A DNA stretch of 64,000 bases from Phoronis australis (taxonomy: Eukaryota > Animalia > Phoronida). The DNA lies in assembly GCA_002633005.1 (NCBI GenBank), contig NMRA01000836.1, positions 62,001 to 126,000 on the forward strand, given 5' to 3'. The position numbers were made by a program, and so were the translations under genes. Every line of letters starts with the position of its first letter. The stretch's first letter is position 1. Under the pieces are notes generated by a model, which ran no database searches, had not been told where the DNA came from, and saw only the letters and a program-made list of their open reading frames with translations. Below, piece after piece: positions 25,901 to 36,800 of the stretch.

Positions 25901-25959
25901 AACAGAGTCTCATAGACATGTGTACTGTACTGGAGCAGAGTCCACAGGCAAAGTTATAG
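16968..25959 (+). CDS. CRAT: Carnitine O-acetyltransferase, spliced; upstream first coding exon not identified
   Basis: GT-AG exons in consistent phase: 16968-17162, 17448-17534, 18005-18123, 18406-18459, 18935-19103, 19364-19538, 19760-19941, 20650-20750, 23135-23251, 23591-23713, 24222-24420, 25002-25139, 25744-25959. Motifs: LPRLPVPPL, NWLSEWW, NRWFDKTLQ, catalytic YEHASAEGPP, SPDAFFQMAIQLAY, TYESGS..F..GRTDTIRS, GIDRHLLGL, LSTSQ, FGPVVPNGYGVCY, C-terminal AKL-stop. The STS motif, the AKL tail and adjacency to PTPA favour CRAT over ChAT or CPT. Confidence 0.93.
17880..18004 (+). repeat. ~39-bp repeat reiterating the polypyrimidine/acceptor region of CRAT exon 18005
   Basis: Four ccctgttatt-containing units; the last is the functional ccctgttatttcag acceptor. 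Confidence 0.75.
20880..21600. mobile_element. Degraded HINE-like core repeats
   Basis: Recurring caccctctagtggccatttt and aaacttgac/ggatttcaa cores at ~150-200 bp spacing. Confidence 0.4.
22084..22397. mobile_element. Foldback-shaped MITE with ~130-bp TIRs in a CRAT intron
   Basis: agatcaagtttgagtctaatactg..ggtggcgttttggcca is mirrored by tggccaaaacgccacc..cagtattagactcaaacttgatct around a ~55-bp loop. Confidence 0.85.
22460..22928 (+). mobile_element. 3' end of a CR1/L2-type LINE
   Basis: Terminal stem-loop gagggct..gctaccctc followed by a (TAAA)n tail at 22905-22928. Confidence 0.5.
25135..25430 (+). repeat. Degenerate ~27-bp G-rich repeat reiterating the GTCAG|GTAAG donor of CRAT exon 25002-25139
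   Basis: gtcaaggtaatg, gtcacgtaagg, gtcaggtaagg x3, ttcaggttagg and gtcgggtaagg follow the true donor. Confidence 0.75.
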
Positions 25960-26907
25960 GTTGAGACATTGGGGCAGTCTGTAGTGGGCACATATTGTGT
26001 ACTCGAGCAACAATGACGTCTTAGAGTACAACACTGTCCAACTCATTACAGTTGTCAAGTGGCTTTACAATCTATGAGGAGAAGTGATAATCATGAGGAA
26101 AATGGAAAATCATAATTACTAACAACGCTTTTGAGAATTGTTTATAAGAAATGGATTATTAAAACCAAAGTGTAAAAAATTATGAATTGACCTTCAGTGA
26201 GTGTAGAAGAAAAATTATACGAATACACTTAAAGTGACTGTAGAAAGAAGAAAACTCAGCAGACTGACTATAAATCATGATTGAGAAGAGAATAATTCAT
26301 GGTGAGGATTTGGCTCAATAGTTAAGAGAAGCAGACTATTGTTTAAACTTGGTGGCAAAGTGTTACACATACTTCCTACCATCTGTTGCTATGAGTGGTG
26401 AATAATGTCGAGCCAGTGTGAAACAAGCCACAGTGGCAATAAACCCATCTTTGCGTTACCATGTCAACGACTGCACAGTTGTTTGCTTACCTTCATATTG
26501 CAATAGTCAAGTATGGTTTCAGCCATCTTGTTGGTGAGGTCACAAATACTGGTAGCAACGTTTGACCTAGTGGCGTCGGGTGCATTTCATTTAGTTGTAG
26601 GACTGTGCAATGTTGAAGTGTGACTTTTGGGTATTGCACAGTACTGTGACTGTATCTAGTCAATATGTGTACAGTAACTGCTTGTGTGCTCACTGTGCGT
26701 ACGGTCATCATGTCTTCATGTTATTCTGTTGGTCTCGCTGAAAGGTTGTTGCTCGTTATGAAGGCAAAGTTCAAGTTAGAAATGAATCCGGTGTTGCATT
26801 TGTTGCTGATTAATTATCGTGTTAATTGGCATATTTGAGATTGTTAAGCTGTGCGAAATGGTTGTAATATATATTATATGATTTACTTTGTTGTCAGCAT
26901 TAATACT

Positions 26908-27310
26908 GTGGTGAATGAGACAGTGTGAGTGAATCACTGGGAGACATGTCAGATGAATGAGACAGTGTGAGTGAGTCACTGGGAGACATGTCAGATGAAT
27001 GAGACAGTGTGAGTGAGTCACTGGGAGACATGTCATATGAATGAGACAGTGTGAATGAATCACTGGGAGACATGTCAGATGAATGAGACAGTGTGAATGA
27101 ATCATTGGGAGACATGTCAGATGAATGAGACAGTGTGAATGAATCATTGGGAGACATGTCAGATGAATGAGACAGTGTGAGTGAATCATTGGGAGACATG
27201 TCATATGAATGAGACAGTGTGAATGAATCACTGGGAGACGTGTCATATGAATGAGGCAGTGTGAGTGAATCACTGGGAGACATGTCGGATGAATGAGACA
27301 GTGTGAGTGA
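26908..27310. repeat. 42-bp minisatellite, ~9.5 copies
   Basis: Unit gaatgagacagtgtga(g/a)tgaatca(c/t)tgggagacatgtca(g/t)at. It produces the repetitive 193-aa and 143-aa ORFs. Confidence 0.95.
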
Positions 27311-28049
27311 GAATATTTTGAATGTATACATGTATGCGCGTTATGTGGATGAAACAACTTATTGTAAGATTGTGACCTTGAGGATAAAGATGGAGACCAC
27401 AGAGGTGACGGACAGTGTTGAGAGGATGTTGACTGTTACCGATGTGTTGCAATCAACCACTAGTAGCTATCACATTATTGGCCTCTCGTGACGTAGATCA
27501 CATGACCAATTTGCTGCATGTTTTGGAACTGGTATGAGTATTAGTACTGTTAAAATATTAGTTGTACACTTCCCCATTTTTACCTCCGATTCGTGTAATT
27601 ATTAGTTTGAGATGTGTGTGCAGGTCACGTTGGCTAAGATTACCCGTCACTGTAAGAAGTACTGTGCCGTCAGTGTAGCGTGATGTTCACGCAAATGCTG
27701 ATTGTAGGTATTCTATTGCAGCTGTGAATATTTTGTTGAGCAAATACTGACAGATTTTTGATAATGCTGGTTGTTACAATTTACATTTTGAAAGAGAATA
27801 CTAGGCTGGTAGATCTTGGGTGTTGCGATGATTTTGCATGACCCAAAAATGATCTGCAATCATGGTGCGTTTGTTCTAGTCATATCCATAGGGACGAGGG
27901 TCACCTGGGCACGAGACATTGAGCACACAAGTGCATTAATGTGAAGTTGATAAATGCCCTATGTTAATACCATGACAACTGCATATCGTACGACATTCCT
28001 GGCACTTGAACGCTCCCTTCCAAGTTATGGATAGTTCAGCATCTCGGTA

Positions 28050-28450
28050 CTGGTACCCCCTTATGAAGTCATGGCTGATCCACTATTGGTACCCTCTCAT
28101 GAAGTCATGGATGGTTCACTATTTGTACCCCCTTATGAAGTCATGGATGGTTCACTATTAGTACCCCCTTATGAAGTCATGGATGGGTCATGGTCTTACT
28201 ATCATTTCCCCTTCATGAAATGCATGGATGGTTTACCGTCTACCCATACCTGCTAATGAAGTCATGAATGGTTCACTATTTTTTGGTACCCCCTTACGAA
28301 GTCATGGATAGTTCACCTTCCCCTTATGAAGTCATTGATGGTTTGCCATCTATTAACACCCTCTTATAAAATCATGGATGCCTAATTTGTTGATGCCCCC
28401 TCAAGTAGTTATCATTGTCCACCTTAGTGGCCCCCTCTTATGAAGTCCAG
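28050..28450. repeat. 36-bp minisatellite, degenerating
   Basis: Unit gtaccccc.ttatgaagtcatggatggttcactatt. Confidence 0.85.
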
Positions 28451-28552
28451 CATCCACCATTGTGTAATTGACCATTGCAAAATTCACCATGTTTGATGTT
28501 GTGAAAGAAAAAATCTATCATCGTGTCTTAAAGTGTAAAATGAACAGTTTCA

Positions 28553-28867
28553 TACTAAACCCAGTTTTGGAGATTTCAACCAATCCTCATTCTATGCCCT
28601 GCAAATTTACCATCACCATCTCACTTGTTGAGGGATAAAAGCTGGCTTCAACTAAAACATATAACCTCTGTGTCACTGAATAGATGGTTCTAGGTTGGTA
28701 ATCTTTCCCTAGAATTATCCTGTAACTGAAGCGTAGGTCACTCTTGCCAACTAAGCATAATTTAATGAATTTTCTTAATTTGCACCAAGCTTTTTGATAG
28801 AGGATTGCAAAGAATGGTGTTATTTTAGAGTGGTTGGTGATAAATTTGCTAAAACTGGGTTAAGTAT
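28553..28867. mobile_element. TA-flanked MITE
   Basis: TIRs tactaaacccagtttt / aaaactgggttaagta. Confidence 0.55.
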
Positions 28868-29283
28868 CCTCTTGAGTTGTGATAGTCAGTGGTCAAATAT
28901 GTGCACGGCAAAGTAATACTGAGTGGTCAGACACACATTTGCACTAGTTTTATTCCATCACTTGTAAAGGAATTAATATGTACAGTAATCATACACATTC
29001 TATATACACATTACACAATAAAATCTCTTAATAATAACATGTTGGTGTTGCTCCAGCTTCACATCATAAATCACCCACACAACTACATTATTTCCCTTTG
29101 TGTGGTGCTGAAGTGTCGTACAATTCCAACAGATGCCGCTGCTGTTAGGTTCATAAACATCACTGACATGACCAACTCACTCATACATGAATGAGCATAA
29201 GACTTGTGCGCGAACAGTGCAGTGTAGTTGATATCAACATGAGGTCTGATACCAGTCCATATCACGCCTATTTACATTAACTA

Positions 29284-30101
29284 CAAGCGACCTCGCTTAA
29301 CTCATGGCAAAAGTCATCAGTCTGCATATTAGGTCGTCACTTTTCTTTTTGTCATCCGATTACATACCCTTTTATTTCCATGAAAAAGTTCGCCGTTAAG
29401 TCGTTGCCATTTTAGCTCAACTCGTCACACAAAAGTGGAATCTGTCCCGACATTTGCTCATAAAAAACTTTCTGGTATTTGTAAGTAGTCTCAAATGAAT
29501 TTGAGCTGCCACGCGTATTCCTAACAAGCATGATTGTGACGGCTGAAGCTCATGCAAAGTATCGCTAATTGTAACAAGAAATGACCGTTTCAAAAAGCTG
29601 ACAAAGTTGGACTTTATTCCTTTCAAAAGAATCCTAAAAACTAAACTCTTCATAACACATTCTCCAACTAACTTCAATGAAATTTTTGAAATGACAAAAA
29701 CATTTATCTGAACTCCTAAAATAACTACTAGTTTTTGGCCAAATAAGCAATTTGTTTACAGACCCCGTGTCATGGATTGTGATGTTAAGTGAGCATTGCC
29801 AGTGTATTCTGTTCTATTCCAATTGACTAACACACCAGACGAAATTTGGCAAATATCGCAATATTATTCATCCAGTATCCCACTGTCCTTTTCGTTTTCA
29901 ACTTCATGCTGATCAAATTACACATTATCGTTTAATCCATAAATCGACGATGTCAAAACTGACATACCCGGCAACGATCGCTGTCAGAATGAGTATATCC
30001 CACTGAAGTCATCAAAACAAAGACTTACATATCAGTCGTCATTTGGATAAGTCGCTGCTTTTTTGCGGTTCCGAAGATTACGTTTTAAGCGAGGTGGCCT
30101 G
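29284..30101. mobile_element. Tc1/mariner(pogo)-type MITE with TA duplication, within the probable PPP6C 3' UTR
   Basis: ta|caagcgacctcgcttaa .. ttaagcgaggtggcctg|ta. A minus-strand AATAAA lies near 28950. Confidence 0.65.
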
Positions 30102-30811
30102 TATAACTATACAACTTTAAGCCCTTGAAATGACTAAGGCCTCTGTGAATCTTCACAGTTAGAAATGTACTGTGAGTTGACAAGCCCACCGCACACATTG
30201 TATGAGCTGACAGCAAATTAAAAGGAAGTGAATTCTGTGACGTGAAGTATTTCAGTAGAGCAATGCGGATGAACTCTCATTAATGTCTACAAATGACACG
30301 TGGTAAAATATTACACAAAATTGTCCTTTTCACAATTTTCAAGTACCACTAACGATAACAATGAATGCCCCGAAATGTTCCAAACATTGTGAGATCTAGT
30401 GATGTCATCTGGTAGTGTGTAAGGAACAGAACTTGAACAAGGAAAATTATTGAGTGTCGCATGTCTATTGCGGAAAACAAATTCAGTTGGTGCAATATCG
30501 TGTCCTAACAAACTGCACATCTGCTGATTACCAGTCCCAGTCCCTGTCTCTAGTCACTGTCTGAAGTTACTGCCTGCAGTCACTGTATGTCCATTGCCCA
30601 GCCTCAGTCAAGACGTCAGAAAAAAAAATGTGAACTCGACACATTTTAAAATGGTGTACCACAACAGATTGATACATGTACAGAACTTGAAAAACATTGT
30701 GGTTAGTCATTAACAGTCACGTGTTACAGTCACGTGACCAACTTTACGTCATCGGCCTTGCACGAATGACGCAATCCACTCGGTACATTACAGAATAAGG
30801 CATCTGAGTCA

Positions 30812-33800
30812 TTATAAAAAATAAGGTGTTGTTGTGCGAGCGGGTATAACACGTTCTGAATCGGGCACAGCTCGGAACAACTTTGCCTCTTTATTGTCCA
30901 GGTCCTCGAAGGCCAGAACAGCTGCTATGTTGCCACACCTGTAGCAGTAGTTGGGGGCAGACCACACGGTCACTAGCTTCTCATCAAACATGTACTTGTA
31001 ACCTGCACAGAGAGAGAAAACGTGAAGTGACAGGGGACACAACTACTATGATACTGAATATACAGGGGACACAACCACCATGATACTGAATATACACACA
31101 GTGCAGAGAGAATGTTTATACATTACACCTAAACGCATACTTATGCTGTAAATTACACGTGCACTCACAGTCACTTTCTAACAATTCTTAAAGGTGGTTT
31201 TCGATCAAATTGCTCAATTTCAAAGCATAGTTAATTCATACTTGGGATTACAATAAATACACTATCAGCTTTGCAGATAAGACTTAAAGACGTCACATAA
31301 TGCGGTGTCACATAAAGCTATGTCTCATAACACAACTAGATAACCCGTAAATACAATGACAATCAAAAGCAGAGTTAAGTAGATAAACTACGTGAAGATG
31401 ACCCTCACCTTCGTGAACCAGTTGATGAGCGCGGCAGATTAGGCTGATGCCATTTACATGAACAAACTGAAAGAAAAACAATACATGAAGAACCCAAGTC
31501 AACACTACAGAGCTAGCATAGAGTCCAGTATGCTTAAGGTCAAACTAGTGTGAGGAATGATTATATACACCTCAATTCAGCAGTCACATAAACAACAAAC
31601 AGCTGACAACATCCTCCCAGCATTACCTCCCATGTAAAACTACATCGAATTATGCAGTCCCTTCTCCCATGCATGACAACATAGTCGACTTAATTCGCAA
31701 ATCAAATCACGTTCTAATTGGTATGTATCCGTCATCTCATTGGTTAGTTTAGCACACATGACTGCCACCTCATGTTCTAATTGATATGCATCCCTCATCT
31801 CATTGGTTACTTTAGCACACATGACTGCCACCTCATGTTCTAATTGATATGCATCCCTCATCTCATTGGTTACTTTAGCACACATAACTCCGACCTCATG
31901 TTCTACTTCATATGCATCTCTCACCTCATTGGTTACTTTAGCACCAAACAGCCAACCAGCTCCTCTAGGACTGATAGCCCACGTGTCTACATCTTCAGGA
32001 TCAGACCAGACAAGATGTACACAAAGGTGTTAAGGAAATACCTAGTGTCTTTTAACTGCCCCAAACACAGTGTCGACATTGTTCACAGTTACCCCCATAT
32101 ACACTTACCTTATATCACCAAATGGACAAAACTGCCAGGCAGAACATAACTTGTGAGATACATTGCAATGCTGGTTCACTTAAGGTCATCATTCTATAAA
32201 GGGAACACAACTTATGCGCTTAAGCTTTGGAAGGTGGGGACACGTCTTTAATTCCTTTTAAGGGAAAGACAACGCATGATGTGTACTCAAAAGAAGCAAT
32301 AACATGTAAACTAAAAAGTCGACTACGAAATGATATATAACCAGAGATTGATGTAGATAACGGTCGGATATAACGTGTACGAATTTTGAGAACCAGTTTT
32401 CTCCACTGGTTCTCAAAACACGGGCACATTATACCCGTCTATTGCCCTGACGTTTACAGGTTGAAACATGGCGTTTTTTATAACTGTTGTCTTAAAAGGA
32501 GAGTGTCAAGTGTGTACTTCAATGAGATTTAGAAGAGCAATTGGCAATGAGCCAATGGACGATATACTACATTTTGGAGAAATTGGACAAACGCCGTGTT
32601 CATTCTTTTTTCAAAAATTGAAGAATTTTTACAATAACCCAAATTAGTTTAAATGCAAAAGCGATAAAATGTTTTACAAATACACTTCAAGAGTGTTTAA
32701 CTGTCTGTGCCAAAGTCGAGAGTAGAGTATTGCTTTTCATACAGATTTGGAGGAAATTAAACATCTAAGACTGTGGACATATAGCCAATGCAATGTGGGC
32801 GATGACACCCCGCCTGAGGCCAGTGTTCAGGAATGTTCTAGATCACAAAGGATATCACAGAAGGCACCTTTGTGAGGTATCTCCTGGTTCCGCTCAATAG
32901 TGCGTATCTGGTCAATAGTCTTGATGTCTGGTGATAGTCCTCCGTGCACACAAAGAATACTCTCCTCAACTATGGCTGCTACAGTCAGCAAGTCAAACAC
33001 CTTGCAACAGTAGCGCCACGCATTGGCATTGCCATACTTGGTCTGACACTCATCTGTAATGTGGACAAAAAGCATGAAATGAACACGTGTATAGCAAGAG
33101 GTGGCCTTGACATTTTTCATTGAACAAATAGTAAATAAAGTCATCAAAATTCAGTCACAAGTGTGACAAAAGAAAATGAAGTTTTGTGGACCAAGAATTT
33201 AACTAAACAGTACCGCAAGAATAACATTTTTGAGCTATTCAACATGTTTTATACAACACACCCATCCACCACAGAACAGGCCCACTCACCACAGAACACT
33301 CTCACTGACCACAGAACAGGTCCACTCACCACAGAACACGCCCACTCACCCCAGAACACGCCCACTCACCGCAGAGCACGCCCACTCACCACAAAACACG
33401 CCCACTCACCATAGAATCCATACACCTGAGTGATCTGCCTACTCTCATGATTACCCCGTAATAGTGTGATCTTGTCAGGCCATCTAAAATACAACTTGAA
33501 CATGTCAATGTTAAATGAAGACACATGACTTTCAACAAAGTAAGTTCAGAATTCAAAATGAGTGACAGTAATGCTTAGAGTTCAAGCAGCCTAGTCAATG
33601 CTCAGGCAAAACAGCTGAAAATATGCAAATGGAACTAATCAGTATATTATACCATTAGCTGAATTTTGTAATAAACCTTAAAGACTCCTAAAGGTTGGGT
33701 GGGGGGTGGCTCCGGAGCTGCATGCACTCTAGATTTGATAGATATGAATGATTTGACTTTTGGCACCAAATTGCTGCTGCATTCTTTTTTGTATGGCTTC

Positions 33801-36800
33801 CAAAAAGATTTTGTGGTTTCATTTGGCCTATGCCTAAGTCCTCCCACCATAGCAACAACCATAGCAACAACTGGCAATAGACCGTTGAAATGAATAAATG
33901 GCAAGTGGGTAATACGGCAAGTACATGAGCACACAAAACCTTAAATGCCAATCATTTCCAGTATGCTTATTGGCGGTTCATGTAATGAAATGCCAAAAAC
34001 ACTAACAATACCATGTCCTCAGCAACCAATGCCACTGTCAATGACCATAACTCCTGTGAACTCAAAATTGCGAATGAAACGAAGAAAAAAGAAATGCGAG
34101 TTGACACACCTTCATTTCCAAGCCGCTATTTTTCCCGACAAACAACAGGTTACAGGGTAAAATTTATTGTTTTCTTGTCCACATTTCTCAAGGGGGTGGA
34201 GCTTGTGAAAGGTCAATTAGGAGACGCAGCCTTCACCAACTTGGTGGAGAGCCGTAATGAACAGGACATGAAACACACAACAAATCTCAGTGCCATGCGC
34301 CTAAACAAAACAACAAGTTAGACATAAATTGTGGCTTTGGTTTGCTACCGTGATATTCACAGCACATTCAGTTTAATGCAGTCAAACATGTTACAGAAGG
34401 TTTATGTATACGTACTTTGCCTTCAGAGTGAGTAAGTAGGTGAAAGTCTCTAAACTGTAGTATCCTCTGTCTACAAAATCACCCTGAAAAGACACTTTAC
34501 AGTATAAAATGTTGCCATTAAAACTGAAACTCCTCAGAATACCAGCTAACGACTCCTGCAAAGCATCACTGCTCACTTGTAATGCTAATATAGCTCTCTA
34601 CTGGCAGCTCGCATTTTGTATTATATTGCAGAGACTGTGTCATATTTCCAAATATGGTCATCTAATAAAATGGTAAATTTCCATTAGTCAACAACAAGGG
34701 AGTGATCAAGTTTATAAAACATTTTACCATGAATATGTAGTATTTGTATCAACTTTAACCAACCAGCACTATGGCCTTACCATGAATATGTAATTTGTGT
34801 CTGGTACTTCTCCACCCGTCCGGAAAAGTTCTTTAAGGTCATAAAACTGAAAAGAGAGAGAAAACTTTGTTAATGATTGACATATGTACCAGCTAAGCTG
34901 TGCCAACTAGTAAAAGTCTTTTTTCATAACCTTAAAACACGCTATTTAAAAGACTATACACAGTAACTAATGTTGACATAATACAGACCACATACTTATC
35001 CATGTATATCTGCACCACATGGATTAAGTATTGTAGATACCGTACAGATAACATACCTGTTCATGTGTATTATTACACAAAGTTCCTAGTATTAATACTG
35101 TACGGATCACATGTATATCAAGATACACAGTAACTAGTATTAATACTGTACAGATCACATGTATATCAAGACACACAGTAACTAGTATTAATACTGTACA
35201 GATCACATGTATATCAAGACACACAGTAACTAGTATTAATACTGTACGGATCACATGTATATCAAGACACANGCGCCACGCATTGGCATTGCCATACTTG
35301 GTCTGACACTCATCTGTAATGTGGACAAAAAGCATGGAATGAACACGTGTATAGCAAGAGGTGGCCTTGACATTTTTCATTGAACAAATAGTAAATAAAG
35401 TCATCAAAATTCAGTAACAAGTGTTACAAAAGAAAATGAAGTTTTGTGGGCCAAGAATTTAACTAAACAGTACCGCAAGAATAACATTTTTGAGCTATTC
35501 AACATGTTTTATACAACACGCCCATCCACCACAGAACACTCTCACTGACCACAGAACAGGTCCACTCACCACAGAACACGCCCACTCACCCCAGAACACG
35601 CCCACTCACCGCAGAGCACGCCCACTCACCACAGAACACGCCCACTCACCATAGAATCCATACACCTGAGTGATCTGCCTACTCTCATGATTACCCCGTA
35701 ATAGTGTGATCTTGTCAGGCCATCTAAAATACAACTTGAACATGTCAATGTTAAATGAAGACACATGACTTTCAACAAACTAAGTTCAGAATTCAAAATG
35801 AGTGACAGTATTGCCTAGAGTTCAAACAGCCTAGTCAATGTTCAGGCAAAACAGCTGAAGATATGCAAATGGAATTAATCAGTATAGAAATACCATTAGC
35901 TGAATTTTGTAATAAACCCCTAGAGGTTGGGTGAGGGGTTGCTCCGGAACTGCATGCACTCTAGATTTGCTAGATATGAACGATTTGACTTCTGGCACCA
36001 AATTGCTGCTGCATTCTTTTTTGCGTGGCTTCCAAAAAGATTTTGTGGTTTCATTTGGCCTATGCTTAAGTCCTCCCACCATAGCAACAACCATAGCAAC
36101 AACTGGCAATAGACCGTTGAAATGAATAAATGCCAAGTGGGTAATACGGCAAGTACATGAGCACACAAAACCTTAAATGCCAATCATTTCCAGTATGCTT
36201 ATTGGCGGTTCATGCGATGAAATGCCAAAAACACTAACAATACCATGTCCTCAGCAACCACTGCCACTGTCAACGACCATAACTCCTGTGAACTCAAAAC
36301 TGCGAATGAAACGAGGAAAAAAGAAATGCGAGTTGACACACCTTCATTTCCAAGCCGCTATTTTCCCCGACAAACAACACGTTACAGGGTAAAACTTATT
36401 GTTTTCTTGTCCACATTTCCCAAAGGGATGGAGCTTGTGATAGGTCAATGAGAAGACGCAGCTTCCACCAACTTGGTGGAGAGCCGTAATGAACAGGACA
36501 TGAAACACACAACAAATCTCAGTGCCATGCGCCTAAACAAAACAACAAGTTAGACATAAATTGTGACTTTGGTTTGCTACCATGATATTCACAGCACATT
36601 CAGTTTAATGCAGTCAAACATGTTACAGAAGGTTTATGTATACGTACTTTGCCTTCAGAGTGAGTAAGTAGGTGAAAGTCTCTAAACTGTAGTATCCTCT
36701 GTCTACAAAATCACCCTGAAAAGACACTTTACAGTATAAAATGTTGCCATTAAAACTGAAACTCCTCAGAATATCAGCTAACGACTCCTGCAAAGCATCA

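Noticed and set aside
16968-25959. Choline acetyltransferase or CPT assignment
   Set aside because: The LSTSQ carnitine motif, C-terminal AKL and adjacency to PTPA fit CRAT better; no nested VAChT ORF is seen.
26776-27357. 193-aa and 143-aa repetitive ORFs (His/Cys-rich, Ser-rich)
   Set aside because: Read-through of a 42-bp minisatellite with no splice signals or family similarity.
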